A stretch of DNA of 64,000 bases from Eledone cirrhosa (GCA_964016885.1 OZ024758.1:6200001-6264000), one strand, 5' to 3'. Positions 39,991 to 53,111 are shown, counted from the stretch's first letter. Notes: generated by a model from the sequence alone, not told the origin. Program-made: numbers and translations.

Positions 39991-40290
39991 TAAGGATATC
40001 AACAAATACGAAGATTTAAATGTAGCAAGTATTTCGTAGTAGCAGTATATCTACTGTTCATGTAGCTATTTCTAAAGAATCTACTTGTATATTTTGGGGA
40101 CGAAAAGATTGGTAAATATTCCGTTAGTAACAAATATGAAGATAGGACAAAATGGCGGTTCAACGTTCATATGGCGGCGTATGTGAACTTAATCGACTCT
40201 ATGTTGGATTTGGCCTTGCCAGAAACACTAAATGGAAATAAGACATGAAGTAAAATTCCCTCATTCAGATTCTGAAACTGTCCTAATAAG

Positions 40291-40478
40291 TGTTTCTACT
40301 TTTGGCACAAGGCCAGCAATTACCCCAGTACATTACTGGTGTTTTGTTTTATCGACTCTGTAAGGATGAAAGGCAAAGTTAACCTCAGCGGGATTTGAAC
40401 TCAGAACGTAAATGGCCATAAATCTGTGTTACAAAGCATGGTGTCTGACGCTCTACCGATACTGCCAATCCGCCGCCC
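40291..40478 (-). mobile_element. SINE family A, inverted relative to the 39813 copy
   Basis: Consensus match. Confidence 0.88.
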
Positions 40479-40645
40479 TAATAATGACTCAGCTGTGGGT
40501 TGAACGTGATAAGATTTTGACCTTGTTTCAAGTGAGCAAGGTTTCATAAACAAGTGTTTAAATTTGAAAGAGACCAAACCATTGCTTCTGATTAAGACAG
40601 AAGGCCAGCAATTTAAAGGGAAGGGAAAAGTCGATATAAACAATA

Positions 40646-40776
40646 GTTTATATAGAAAAGGCTTCTACAGAACTTGTACTGTTTCATATGTATGAAATCA
40701 TCAATATGCCGATATTCCTGATGATTTCATACGAATGAAACAGTAGTAATCTTGAAGAAGCCCTCTCTATATAAAC
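40646..40776. mobile_element. Fold-back of a family P5 terminus next to (TA)n(GA)n
   Basis: Arms 40646-40703 / 40719-40776; homologous to 63535-63588. Confidence 0.7.
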
Positions 40777-40777
40777 T

Positions 40778-40809
<32 letters not shown>

Positions 40810-41866
40810 AGTGGTTACACAACAGTTAGTTCACCATACCGAGAACAATTGTTTCACCTTAGCGGATCCTCAGTTCGTAATGGACATGGTTATAACCATG
40901 TCCATTACGAATTACGAGCTGATGCAAGTGAAATTACATGAATCGATAGTAAAAACTGGTGTGTGGAACACTAGAGAACTCTGCTCATTAACTTTACTGT
41001 TGATTATCACTTTTCTGTTAGAAACCCAGTAAGTCATAGTTGCTTACAAATATATTGATATTATTGTGAAGGAACAGATCGACTAATAAAGCAGAATTTT
41101 GACGCCAAAAAATATTACCTTGTCTCACATACGTAAGATTACTAAAACTACATAAAACATAACTCGTTCAAAAAGATGCTTTAGAAATAAGTAATTCTTT
41201 GAATTCTACGTCGAAGCAACTGTTTTATTCTGTCTGAAGTGACAGCTCTTTCAATAACTAGCACGCTATAACCCATTCAGAATAAGTGAACCTTTCACGT
41301 TGTCAGTTATTCTAATCAATATGCCTGTCTATAAATCAGTACATCATATACTCTCTTAAAAATACGGATAAGAGCTTTCACTCACAAATCGTAAGACACA
41401 ATGATGCAAAGTACTAATTGCATGACAAATGACGAATGACGAATGCTGTATGTACACTAATCGAAAACGCGAATGCCTGAGCAGAAATGACATGGGAAAT
41501 AGATCAATAACAATCTTAGTGTAAGGAATTTTCTTCTTTAGAAAGTAGACTTCATTCCATGTCAGTGTAAACTAGTTCTTCTTTTAAAGAGAATCTCTGC
41601 TACTCGTCACCTACAATTAAATTAACTCCTATAAAACCATGTACCTGATGACCGCTGACACATGGATTCCACCAACTTGTACCTGTACTGAAATTAAACT
41701 AAATTTCAATATGTATGATTCCAGATTAGCCCAAACCCTAGGGAGTTCAGTAAAATAATTAACAGGAATATATCAAGGTCAATGATTCTATCACTTCCTT
41801 TACCCACATATACATACACACGCACATACCCCCCCCCCCCATATATACATGTATATATATATATAT

Positions 41867-41927
<61 letters not shown>

Positions 41928-42367
41928 GAGATTGGGAATAGCACTGAAAATATATTGGGTCTGATTTTCTTTTTTTTTTTCCTCTTCTTTGATTCTTCAA
42001 AGAATTATGGAATTATTGAAAAGATAACATTATTGAAAACATGAGAGGGACAATTCTTTAAAAAAAAGAGTTTTATAATGTATATAAAGTATATAAAGTA
42101 TATAAAGTATATAAAGTATAACCGGTTTCGATGTATTATTAAAATTCCTCTTATCAAACGTTGAGTATTACAATTTAAAAGAATTAATAACGATTAAAAA
42201 CTAAAAATTAAAGATTTAAAATCAAGTGTTGAGGTAAGTTTTTGCATCTTCCCTGTTGAGAAGGAGACTGGAAAATGAACTCTTATATATATATCGCCGC
42301 TATATATATATATATATAGTAATAATAATAAATTTGAAGACTAAAATCCAAAGAGGGCTCGATAAGG

Positions 42368-42420
<53 letters not shown>

Positions 42421-42504
42421 TTGTTTGAAGAAATGGGACTGTCCGTCTGTCCATCTATTTTTGTCCTGTGCGCCCCCTATTGATTATATATATATTCATA
42501 TATC

Positions 42505-42850
42505 TAGTCTAAAGTCTGTCTTAAGCCAGAAGCCTCATTCGGCCACTGCTAATCTCGGTTTCATGGCGTGAAGCGACCGAGAGTACAAGAATCGGGGTAG
42601 TGTAATAGGACTGCAGGGAGTACATTATTAACCTGGGCATTAGCAGGATCGGTAGATTGTCAGACAACATGCACTTTGCGTCATATAGTTACGGAACTTT
42701 ACATTCTGAGTTCAAATCCTGCTCATGTTAGCTTTACTTTTCATCCTTACGTGGTCAATAAAATAAAGTACCAGTAATACACCGGGGTCGATTTAATTGA
42801 TGATCCCCTCCTCTAAAATTGTTGGTCTTGTGCCTAAATCAGAAACCATT
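42505..42850. mobile_element. SINE family B tail (minus, ~42505-42590) plus SINE family A (plus, ~42640-42850)
   Basis: Consensus matches. Confidence 0.8.
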
Positions 42851-43296
42851 AATGACCCGTGTCAAGATCGTAAATTGTGATAAGCTATATTCCAATGTTC
42901 TGGGATTTCAGACGAAAGGAATACTGTGATTATATCGAATTGAATGAATCTTCAGAATGGTTTATTATTGATAATGTGAAACCACTTATTACTGACATCA
43001 CCATTGTTCCATTACTCTAGTTCCGTTCTCTCTTTAACTCTGAGATTAATTGCATCAGTCGAGCGCTTGTTTAACCATTCCCATCTGACCAACTTACATT
43101 TGTAGCTATATAGGAAATTGAGTTCCTTAAGGAAGATATATGGTTTGTAAATGCTGAGATGATCCACGTGCTCTTCTATATTTGTTCTTAATTTATCTTT
43201 TATGTCATATTTTAATTATATATATGACCACCACACCATGTATTGGAGATAATTTTCTTTCGCTTCTAATCATCCCTCTCACACACACAAACAACT

Positions 43297-43364
<68 letters not shown>

Positions 43365-43400
43365 TATAAGATCAAAAGATGGTTAAAGGAGTTCCATGTA

Positions 43401-43467
43401 TTTTATTATGCGCATTTCAAAAACAAACATCATCATGCAATAATATTTGTGTTTTCATCAGATAAAA
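43401..43467 (-). ncRNA. Type I hammerhead ribozyme (left arm)
   Basis: Reverse complement of 43576-43642. Confidence 0.8.
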
Positions 43468-43575
43468 CAGGAGAACATGATATGAAGGCTAAAAAACACT
43501 TGTGGATAGTGCAGTTTTAAATCAAAAACTGCACTATCCACAAGTGGTTTTTAGCCTTCATATCATGTTCTCCTG

Positions 43576-43642
43576 TTTTATCTGATGAAAACACAAATAT
43601 TATTGCATGATGATGTTTGTTTTTGAAATGCGCATAATAAAA
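43576..43642 (+). ncRNA. Type I hammerhead ribozyme
   Basis: ttttat-CTGATGA-aaac-acaaatattatt(gcat)gatgatgtttgt-tttt-GAAA-tgcgca-TA-ataaaa: 6-bp stem I, G-U-rich stem II, palindromic stem III atgcgcat, AUA site. Confidence 0.82.
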
Positions 43643-43844
43643 TACATGGAACTCCTTTAACCATCTTTTGATCTTATATTATGTATACTCCAGTCCTACA
43701 AACTGTAGAGTGCTTCTTATCCGATATCTGCATTGCTTTATTGTACTACAATAAAACTCACCTCCTACATATATATACATATATATATATATATATAAAA
43801 ATTATTATAAATGTAAGCTATCGCCGTATTTTGACTAAAGAAAT

Positions 43845-43943
43845 TAAAGAAATTATTTAGCCTGATAGAGGGGTTAAGAACCCTCGGAAAAATGGAAAAC
43901 GATGAGTATTGACGTACATACTCATGAGTATGTACGTCAATAC
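43845..43943. repeat. Dispersed repeat ending in a perfect 38-bp palindrome (43906-43943)
   Basis: gtattgacgtacatactca|tgagtatgtacgtcaatac; inverted homolog at ~25720-25795. Confidence 0.75.
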
Positions 43944-44163
43944 ATGGGCATGTGGTTAGTATGTCTCAGTAAAGAATCGCTGGACAGATTTTACGGGTAA
44001 AACCAGGCATCAGGAGACCCAGAGATAGACCCCCGAGCAAGATGGTTGGATAACATCCATGAGTTCGGCTTGTCTATTTTGGGAATTCATCCGGATCAGT
44101 TGGAGACGGTTGCTTCTGACAGGAGCCGTTGGGAGGAGTGTTTAAGGTCTCTGTCCCCATAAC

Positions 44164-44234
<71 letters not shown>

Positions 44235-44312
44235 AGGAGAAGAAGAAGAAGAAGAAGAAGAAGAAGAAGAAGAAGAAGAAGAAGAAGAAGAAGAAGAAGA
44301 AGACGACGACGA
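43943..44312 (+). pseudogene. RTE LINE 3' end remnant followed by (GTA)n(GAA)n
   Basis: Homologous to 37250-37460 (gagcaagatggttggataacatc, ttggagacggttgcttctgacagg). Confidence 0.8.
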
Positions 44313-45119
44313 TGGCGAAAGAATTTCTCACAAACTATATACAGTACATATCAATTGAAGCTGCAATCATTCCTTTAGTGTAGGTAGCTACGATTAAAAA
44401 AAGTCTTTAAATGCCTGAGCCGTCATAATACATTTGATCTTGAGCATTGTGCTTTTATTTTATGCATTTATGCATGCTTCTTGGATTTGAATTATGGTTT
44501 AGAATTGTCAGAATATAGTAGTTATTCCCTTGGTTTTGGAAATTCTCTACTTTGGTTTTTCCTATTCAGCATTATTCATTATTAATTGTGTCGTGTTATT
44601 GTATTTCATAGATTTGAACAAGAACATGGAGAAGTAAAACATGTGTGGCATTACACATAGAATAATTGAACTGAAAAGTGATCAAGTGTATTTCGGATGA
44701 CATGAGGGGAAAGAATACAAACCATCTCAATGACGCAAATGATAACAATGAGAGAGGTTTGCAAAAAATATTTAAATTATTTAAACTAGAACAGGAAAAC
44801 GAATTGTTCATTTGTCCATATTCAAATGGCTTTACGCACAGATGATGAGCTGCCACCTAGATTAAAAGATTAATAATCGATCTTCAATCTAATCAGCAAT
44901 GAAATTAATCATTTAGGCTTCAGTTAAATGTATAATATTAAGCATCTTGATAAAAATGTTCTCAACAATAGTTTAAAATTTAATACATTTTGTATTGCAA
45001 AGAATTAGATTATACAAAATAAATCTGCATAGTATTAATAAAAGAATAAACTGTAAATACAGTTATTGATTTATACTTTCATTTGTGATCAACTTGCTTT
45101 GTTCTATTAGTATTTTGAT

Positions 45120-45161
45120 CTTACCTGTAAAACGTTCAATCAATGTTGTTGCTATGGTAAC
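45120..45161 (-). promoter_or_regulatory. RFX X-box (GTTGCTATGGTAAC, 45148-45161) adjacent to a strong splice donor CAG|GTAAGA (intron starts 45124)
   Basis: 14-bp X-box consensus match in non-repetitive sequence, about 23 nt from the donor. Confidence 0.5.
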
Positions 45162-45575
45162 CGGGTTGAACTTAAAACTTTTAGATGTCTTTCAGGTCGA
45201 ATACTGACAAAACCAAAGACACCCCAGATCAAAATGATAAAGAATCAATCAATAAAAACTAAACACTGTATTATTTCTATTGTTTCGGTCTCTGTTCTAC
45301 AGTCATTGATCCTTAATTAAATGTCTAAATACAAAGAATATTCCTTCATTGCTAAAAAATAAATTTGCAGAATCAGTAGAGCGTCAAACAAATTGATTTG
45401 CGGCATTACGTTACAGTTCTGATTTAAAATCCAGTCGAGCTGAAATTTGCCTTTCGTCTTTCCGGAGTTGATGAGATAAAATACCAGTTAAATATTGTGG
45501 TCGATGTAATCAACTGTTCTCTCTCAAACTAGAAGCCACTGTTATAACTTTTCATTATAATAATTATTATAACAA

Positions 45576-45765
45576 GGTGGTGAATTAGCAGTATCGGTAG
45601 AGGGTCAGACGCCATGCTTTCCAATATAGAGCTACGGCCCTTGCCATTCTGAGTTCAAATCCTGCCGTGGTTAACTTTGCCTTTCATCCTTACGGGGTCG
45701 ATAAAATAAAGTACCAGTAATGCACTGGAGTATTTGGTGGTCTTGTGCTAAAAGTAGAAACAATT
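45576..45765 (+). mobile_element. SINE family A
   Basis: Consensus match. Confidence 0.9.
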
Positions 45766-46556
45766 ATTATAACAGCTATGCTCGATTTTCCCTTAACCAT
45801 TCCAGAGTTGGTTCAATCTACTGTGCCATCTTTCAACAATATGTTTTTTTATTAATCTTATTTTGTGGTGAACAGATTTAAAATTTATCATTGCTGTATT
45901 TTCCAAGAAAAGAATTCCAAAGCAGAAATTATTAAGAACTGTTGCTATGTAAAAGTGTCAAATAATGCCTGATAATAATGAAGACATTTGTGATATCAAC
46001 GAAAAGCTAGTATTTCAGGATCGTTATCCAACATCAGTGATATTTACTCACTCGGTACTGAATAAGATAGGTAAGTTTCAGCCGTTTTCTAAAGTCCAGG
46101 GTCGAAAGAGTTGCTTCAGGCTGGAATTTCTTCTGTGTCTGTAAGGACCTTCTGCTGTCCAGCTTCCCTGAGAGAGTTTCATACGACTTAGAAAAAATAC
46201 ATACCTGGAATTGTTCAGTTGCATATAGTACGGGCTTGACAAACAGTAGTAATAACACAGACTGATTCAGAATAGAGGCGTATTTGGAAGTATATTCAAT
46301 GTTTATGCGTAATACACACATAAGTAATACACACATAAGTCTTGATGCAAGTACTTTAAACAGTGATCATACCATAGCTACCTAGGTAAGAAGACAAGGT
46401 ATTCATATTTGAGAATCAGTAGAGTCACTTTGCACGGTCTTAAAGCTCCGGGAGTAAAACATCATAAAACAGGTTGAAGTTTGTGATTGGTTATCTCACT
46501 GAATAGAAGAAATACAAGCCAAGTAAATAGAAAAGTGACACCAACACACCCACACG

Positions 46557-46687
<131 letters not shown>

Positions 46688-46925
46688 GATATTAAATAAA
46701 TGGAAACTATATTTATAAAACCATATCTATTTCATTATATATATTTCAGGGATATCATATTAACAATATGCTATGCCTTCCTCAGACAAAATACAATATA
46801 GACAGTTTTATAAATATAGTTTCCATTTATTTAATATCGTAAATATACTCCAAATACTTGTTGAGTGCTTTTATATCAGTTATAAATATTTACTAGTTGT
46901 AACCCAACAATTTAAATATAACTTT

Positions 46926-47037
<112 letters not shown>

Positions 47038-47049
47038 TCAAGGGCGTAT

Positions 47050-47080
<31 letters not shown>

Positions 47081-47120
47081 CAGACACACACACACACACA
47101 TATATATGTGTGTGTGTGTG

Positions 47121-47375
47121 GGTGTTGAGGAACGTGGCCTAGTGGTAAGGGTGTTGGAATTACGATCATAATGTCGTGGGTTCGATTCCTGGGTTGTGTG
47201 TTGTGTTCTTGAGCAAAACACTTTATTTCACGTGGCTCCAGTATACTCAGTTGAAAATGAGTCCCAGGAATTACCGGGGATTTAACCCTGCGATGGACTA
47301 GCGTCCTGTCCAGGGGGAAGTCCAGGGGGATAAGCACTGGCCAAATGAGCCTTCTGGCTTAAGACAGACTTTAGA
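47121..47375 (+). mobile_element. SINE family B
   Basis: Matches 2198-2484. Confidence 0.87.
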
Positions 47376-47378
47376 CTA

Positions 47379-47413
<35 letters not shown>

Positions 47414-47415
47414 TC

Positions 47416-47490
<75 letters not shown>

Positions 47491-47524
47491 AGATTTGAAT
47501 GGATACAGTTTAGTTGAAAGGAAT

Positions 47525-47641
47525 TTATTGACACGTGTTTCTATAACAGTTACATAACCTAAAACAGCTATCTACAAACTTTTAGTTATGCAGACATTCA
47601 ATATTTCAATGTTATTATTTACTGTCATTTCATCAGAATAA
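47525..47641 (-). ncRNA. Hammerhead-like motif with greatly extended stem II
   Basis: ttatt-CTGATGA-a-atgacagt...actgttat-a-GAAA-cacgtg-TC-aataa; palindromic stem III, GUC site; first stem II pair mismatched. Confidence 0.6.
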
Positions 47642-47882
47642 TATTACTGAGGACCTATTTAGTTTTTATAGAGAATATTAGGAGGGAGGGGTGAAGTTGT
47701 TAGAAGAATAGTTGAAGGAGTGGTTTTTCGATAGCAGTGAGAATTCTTGGTGGCAGTAATTAGATTCCCATCTGTTGTTTTGACATTTTTTATAGAATAT
47801 ATTATTGGTTATTTTTCTAAATCTATAGAAGGATTAGAGATAGTGAAGATATGCGTGGTTGGTTTTGTGTAAGGATGAAAGG

Positions 47883-47937
<55 letters not shown>

Positions 47938-47939
<2 letters not shown>

Positions 47940-47997
47940 TCCCAATCTATCTGCATATATATATATATATATATATATATGCAGATAGATTGGGAGT
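47938..47997. repeat. Perfect palindrome with (AT)n centre
   Basis: actcccaatctatctgc(at)ngcagatagattgggagt. Confidence 0.85.
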
Positions 47998-48099
47998 GGG
48001 TAACGATAAGAACTTAGCTGTCGGGCATATATATATATATATATATACATGTAGCAGATCCGCATAAACTACCACTACATACAAAGACATCATTATTAT

Positions 48100-48346
48100 A
48101 AGTACCAGTGATACACCGGGGTAATTGCTGGCCTTGTGCCTAAAGTAGAAACAATTATTATTAATAATTGTTTCTACTTTTGGCACAAGGCCAGCAATTA
48201 CCCCAGTGTGTCACTGGTACTTTATTTTATCGACCCCGTAAGGATGAAAGGCAAAGTTGACCTCGGCGGGATTTGAACCCAGAACATAAAGGGCCGTAAC
48301 TCTATGCTGCAAAGCCTGTTGCCCAACCCTCTACCGGTACGGCCAA
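48100..48346. mobile_element. SINE family A (minus, 48165-48346) with inverted copy of its own tail (48100-48157)
   Basis: Tail-to-tail palindrome around ttattattaataa. Confidence 0.85.
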
Positions 48347-48561
48347 TAATAGCATTGTTTAGTGGTTGAAAGTCAAGGTTAAAAGGACGATGTAATGGGA
48401 GACGAATGGTGAGTAACAACTGACAGTGCGATTTGATACGAAGAGCATGTTTGACTCAAACATGCTCCAGTATTCTAATCCTTATATATATATATATATA
48501 TATATTTCGTTTCTGAATTTGTTTAGCAAGATTCTTTATCTGAAATCGTGTGTTGAAACCG

Positions 48562-48626
48562 ATATTGTTATACTTTGGGAGGGTCATGTTGCCAATATTA
48601 TTGGCAACATGACCCTCCCAAAGTAT

Positions 48627-48634
<8 letters not shown>
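48562..48634. mobile_element. Perfect palindrome (36-bp arms) of the family P3 terminus, in (TA)n
   Basis: tattggcaacatgaccctcccaaagtataacaatat is also the end of the hammerhead-bearing element at ~24804-24838. Confidence 0.85.
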
Positions 48635-48663
<29 letters not shown>

Positions 48664-48786
48664 GGAGGTGAGTTTTATTGTAGTACAATAAAGCAATGCA
48701 GATATCGGATAAGAAGCACTCTACAGTTTGGGGGACTGGAGTATGCATAATATAAGATCAAAAGATGGTTAAAGGAGTTCAATATA

Positions 48787-48853
48787 TTTTATTATGCGCA
48801 TTTCAAAAACAAACATCATCAAACAATAATATTTGTGTTTTCATCAGATAAAA
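48787..48853 (-). ncRNA. Type I hammerhead ribozyme (P1)
   Basis: Reverse complement of 49965-50031. Confidence 0.8.
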
Positions 48854-49964
48854 CAGGAGAACATGATATGAAGGCTAAAAAAACACTTGTTGATAGTGCA
48901 GTTTTAAATCAACATATGAAAAGTGGTTTTAGATTGATGTGTGATATTGGGAAAAATATTTAGAGAGGGGGGGAGAGAAAAGGATGAAAAGGGAAGGAGA
49001 TGAGAGGGAGAGATGGGTGATAGAGAGAAAGAGATAGTTTTTATAACTGAGAGGAGATATATTTTATATAGAGGGGTTGAAAACCGTTGGAAGATACTGT
49101 ATAAATTAAAAATTTTGAAAATTAACGAAGGGAGGATATGTGCGAGGAAAAAATATATTATATTTTTAAAAATATATTATCTTTTTAATCTCAATTTCAT
49201 CCTTAATTTATTATTATTTTTTTCTCCCCATCAACGAACTCATTATTAATACATATGAATTCAATATAAAAACTTTAACTTCACATTATTTTTCTCAAAT
49301 CCTTCTACACATAAACTTTTTCTCTTTGCTAATTTTAAAATTCCTACATTTCTTCTTTTGACGTTAGAATATTCACCCACAATTATTATTTTTTTCTCTC
49401 TATCTCCATACATAATTTCCCTTCGTTATTTTTTTCTCTCTATCTCCATACATAATTTCCCTTCGTTAATTTTCAAATTCCTTTAATTTATACATTATCT
49501 TCCAACGGTTCCCAACCTCTCTATATTAAAACATTATATCTTTTTCTCAGTTATAAAAACTATCTCTTTCTCTTTATCACCCATCTCTCCCTTTCCACCT
49601 TCACTCTCATCTCCTCCCCTTTTTTTCATCCTTTCCACCCCCACCCCTCCCTAAATATAATATATTTTTTCCTCGCACATATCCTCCCTTCGTTAATTTT
49701 CAAAATTTTTAATTTATACAGTATCTTCCAACGGTTTTCAACCCCTCTATATAAAATATATCTCCTCTCAGTTATAAAAACTATCTCTTTCTCTCTATCA
49801 CCCATCTCTCCCTCTCATCTCCTTCCCTTTTCATCCTTTTCTCTCCCCCCCTCTCTAAATATTTTTCCCAATATCACACATCAATCTAAAACCACTTTTC
49901 ATATGTTGATTTAAAACTGCACTATCAACAAGTGTTTTTTTAGCCTTCATATCATGTTCTCCTG

Positions 49965-50031
49965 TTTTATCTGATGAAAACACAAATATTATTGTTTGAT
50001 GATGTTTGTTTTTGAAATGCGCATAATAAAA
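49965..50031 (+). ncRNA. Type I hammerhead ribozyme (P1)
   Basis: Same as 43576-43642 except stem II loop gttt instead of gcat. Confidence 0.82.
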
Positions 50032-50063
50032 TATATTGAACTCCTTTAACCATCTTTTGATCT

Positions 50064-50110
<47 letters not shown>

Positions 50111-50190
50111 AAAGGTAAACAGAAATACAGTATATCGGTACAGTATATGGAAGGAATATATTAGGTTAACGATTGTATAGCAAAAAGAGA

Positions 50191-50228
50191 CTCTTAACGT
50201 TTCGGAAGCTAGTCCTTCATCAGAAGAA
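50191..50228 (-). ncRNA. Minimal type I hammerhead ribozyme (PLE-type)
   Basis: ttctt-CTGATGA-a-gga(ctagct)tcc-GAAA-cg-TT-aagag; loopless palindromic stem III acgt. Confidence 0.78.
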
Positions 50229-50483
50229 AGAATGAGAAATAAGATAGATTGAAGGGACGAGCGGGCTGGAATTGGAAAAAAATATCTTTATATAAAAATA
50301 ACAGGTCCATTCATATAATGAGAAAAGCTAATACGAACGTAATCAGTACCTGTAGCTGTGTATGTAGAAATGTCCAACATATTGCTGTGCATCTTTTCCT
50401 CTGATAGAATCCTCTGGTGTCTGAGTTTAAATTCTTGCTACGAACGTTGTCTTATATAGTTTCTATTTGCAAGACTGATGCGG

Positions 50484-50634
50484 TAATTGTTTCTACTCTT
50501 GGCACAAGGCCAGCAATTACCCCAGTGTATTACTGGTACTTTATTTTATCGACCCCGTAAGGATGAAAGGCAAAGTTAACCTCGGCGGGATTTGAACTCA
50601 GACCATAAAGGGACGTAACTATGCTGGAAAGCAT
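50484..50634 (-). mobile_element. SINE family A, head replaced by minisatellite
   Basis: Consensus match ends at ggaaagcatg. Confidence 0.87.
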
Positions 50635-51961
50635 GTGTGTGGATGTGTTTGAATGTGTGAGATTGTGAGTGTATGTGTGTGTATGTGTGTGTGTATGTGT
50701 GTGGATGTATTTGAATGTGTGAGATTGTGAGTGTATGGGTGTGTATGTGTGTGTGTGTGTGTGTATGTGTGTGTATGTGTGTGGATGTGTTTGAATGTGT
50801 GAGATTGTGAGTGTATGTGTGTGTATGTGTGTGTGTGTGTGTGTGTGTGGATGTGTTTGAATGTGTGAGATTGTGAGTGTATGTGTGTGTATGTGTGTGT
50901 GTGTGTGTGGATGTGTTTGAATGTGTGAGATAGTGAGTGTATGTGTGTGTATGTGTGTGTGTGTATGTGTGTGGATGTGTTTGAATGTGTGAGATTGTGA
51001 GTGTATGTGTGTGTATGTGTGTGTGTGTATGTGTGTGGATGTGTTTGAATGTGTGAGATAGTGAGTGTATGTGTGTGTATGTGTGTGTGTGTATGTGTGT
51101 GTGTGTATGTGTGTGGATGTGTTTGAATGTGTGAGATTGTGAGTGTATGTGTGTGTATGTGTGTGTGTGTATGTGTGTGGATGTGTTTGAATGTGTGAGA
51201 TTGTGAGTGTATGTGTGTGGATGTGTGTGTATGTGTGTGTGTGTGCGTATGTGTGTGGATGTGTCTGTAAGTGTGAAAGTGTGAGTGTATGTGTGTGTAT
51301 GTGTGTGTGTGCTCATGTGTGTGTGACTGTGAATGTGTGTTCGTATGCCGGTGCGCATGTGTACGTGTGAGTGTATGTGTCTATGTGTGTGCGTGTGTGT
51401 GTGAGTGTATGTGTGAGTCTATGTGTATATATATATGTGAGTGTGTATGTATGTGTGAGTGTATGTATATATATATGTGTGTGTATGTGTGTGTGTATGT
51501 ATGTATGGGTAAGTGTATGTATGTATATATGTGTGTGTGTGTATGTATGTGTAAGTATATATACATATATATATGTGAGTGTGTATGTATGTAAGTGTGT
51601 ATATATATATATATGTGTGTGCGTATGTATGTATGTGTGAGTGTATATATATATATATGTATGGGGGTATATATCATATATCAACTGGATGTAAACAGAA
51701 ATGTATATATATTCACCACCAAACATGCTGTCTCCACGTATACCACTTGACAATGAAAATATATACTAGTGTATATATGTATATATATGTGTGTATATAT
51801 ATATATATATATGTATACAAATATATATATGTATATATATATTTCTATATATATATATTTGTATATAAACATACATAAATATATATATATATACACACAC
51901 AATCACAGACATATATTATATATATATATATATATATACATATATACACATATATATTTAT

Positions 51962-52006
<45 letters not shown>

Positions 52007-52070
52007 AATATGTGTGTGGGGGGGATATGTATGGTGTATGCGTATGTGTGTGTTTGGGTATGGGTGTGCG
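50635..52070. repeat. (TG)n-based minisatellite (ggatgtgtttgaatgtgtgagattgtgagtgtat, ~10 copies to ~51300) grading into (TG)/(TA)n
   Basis: Direct repeats of variable length. Confidence 0.92.
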
Positions 52071-53001
52071 TATACTTAAACTTTATCTTCCACAAACATT
52101 CATACACCCACCAACTTCTATTGAAATACTCTATGTAATATCGAGTAGGAAAATAAAAAGGTATACGGTAATTTTCTACTTACCATCTTTATCGGAATCA
52201 TTGCATGTTTTCATTTGTTGATAGATCGAAAATATTTAAGTTCCAATTATTTACATATATTTCCGCTTAAGCAAATATTTTCTTTTCCCCTAACAACTTA
52301 GAATATAAAGTTATATACATGTTTCAGCTTGACAGTGAAATCCTTCTTAAGTAGTTTGATAACTCAAACACAAGCTTTCTGCTCGTTTCTTTCTTTTATT
52401 TCCATTTTCTTTTCATTTATTTACTCATTACGGTCGTAAACATATTTCCACACATCTTTTTTCATAGCATATGATTAGATTTTCTCTTCGCCTTCCAGCC
52501 TTCAATTTATGGATATTACCATTATATTACCATTCCATACATTTATTTATTTATTTCATCCCATGCTCATGTATTTTTCATTTTTTTCAATTTTTTTATT
52601 TTTCATTCCATTCGTTATTTTCACATCTTACTCCAAGCATTTTCTTTAACTGAATGAGTATATCAACTTTTCTATATATTTTAGTTGTGATATTTAATCC
52701 TGTTTCACTTCCTGCAACATATTTCTGTCCCAAGCAACTTACGTTACACCCTATATTTCAATACCTTCCCATTTATGTCAAATTTCCCATGTTTATCGTT
52801 TTTATCCCATGGTATTTCTAGCTAGATTCTTGTTTAATTCTCGAAAACAGCCACTTTGCCTGTATCTTTACTTTCCTCCCAATTTCATCCTATTCAAATT
52901 TTATTTCTCCATATTCGCTTCCCTTTCCTAAACCCACTTCTAATTGTCATTTCTTTAGCTCTTACATTTCCTATTTAAATTTCTCTTTCAAGGGAATAAT
53001 G

Positions 53002-53111
<110 letters not shown>

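Larger units (their letters stand above)
43355..43769. mobile_element. (TA)n-embedded PLE-like fold-back element, family P1 (~160-bp arms, 6-nt spacer 43519-43524)
   Basis: Near-perfect palindrome; right arm extends ~85 nt further to cctcctac(at)n. Confidence 0.9.
48661..50070. mobile_element. Family P1 long insertion: ~415-bp inverted arms plus internal tandem partial pLTR
   Basis: Arms ~48748-49164 / ~49654-50070; ~49460-49655 is a diverged direct repeat of ~49686-49860; both ends in (TA)n. Confidence 0.9.

Noticed and set aside
40149-40180. YY1-like AAAATGGCGG motifs (also ~3022, 16419, 19824)
   Set aside because: Short motifs with no independent promoter evidence
40718-40750. CTGATGA...GAAAC as an intact hammerhead
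   Set aside because: No stem I; the homolog at 63539 lacks the core; treated as element terminus only
45991-46043. Minus-strand atatca-CTGATGT-ggat/atcc-GAAA...tgatat
   Set aside because: Core substitution and no stem III or cleavage triplet; at most a decayed relic
49200-49340. GIY-YIG C-terminal remnant inside the P1 spacer
   Set aside because: Only a vague resemblance; no convincing reading frame
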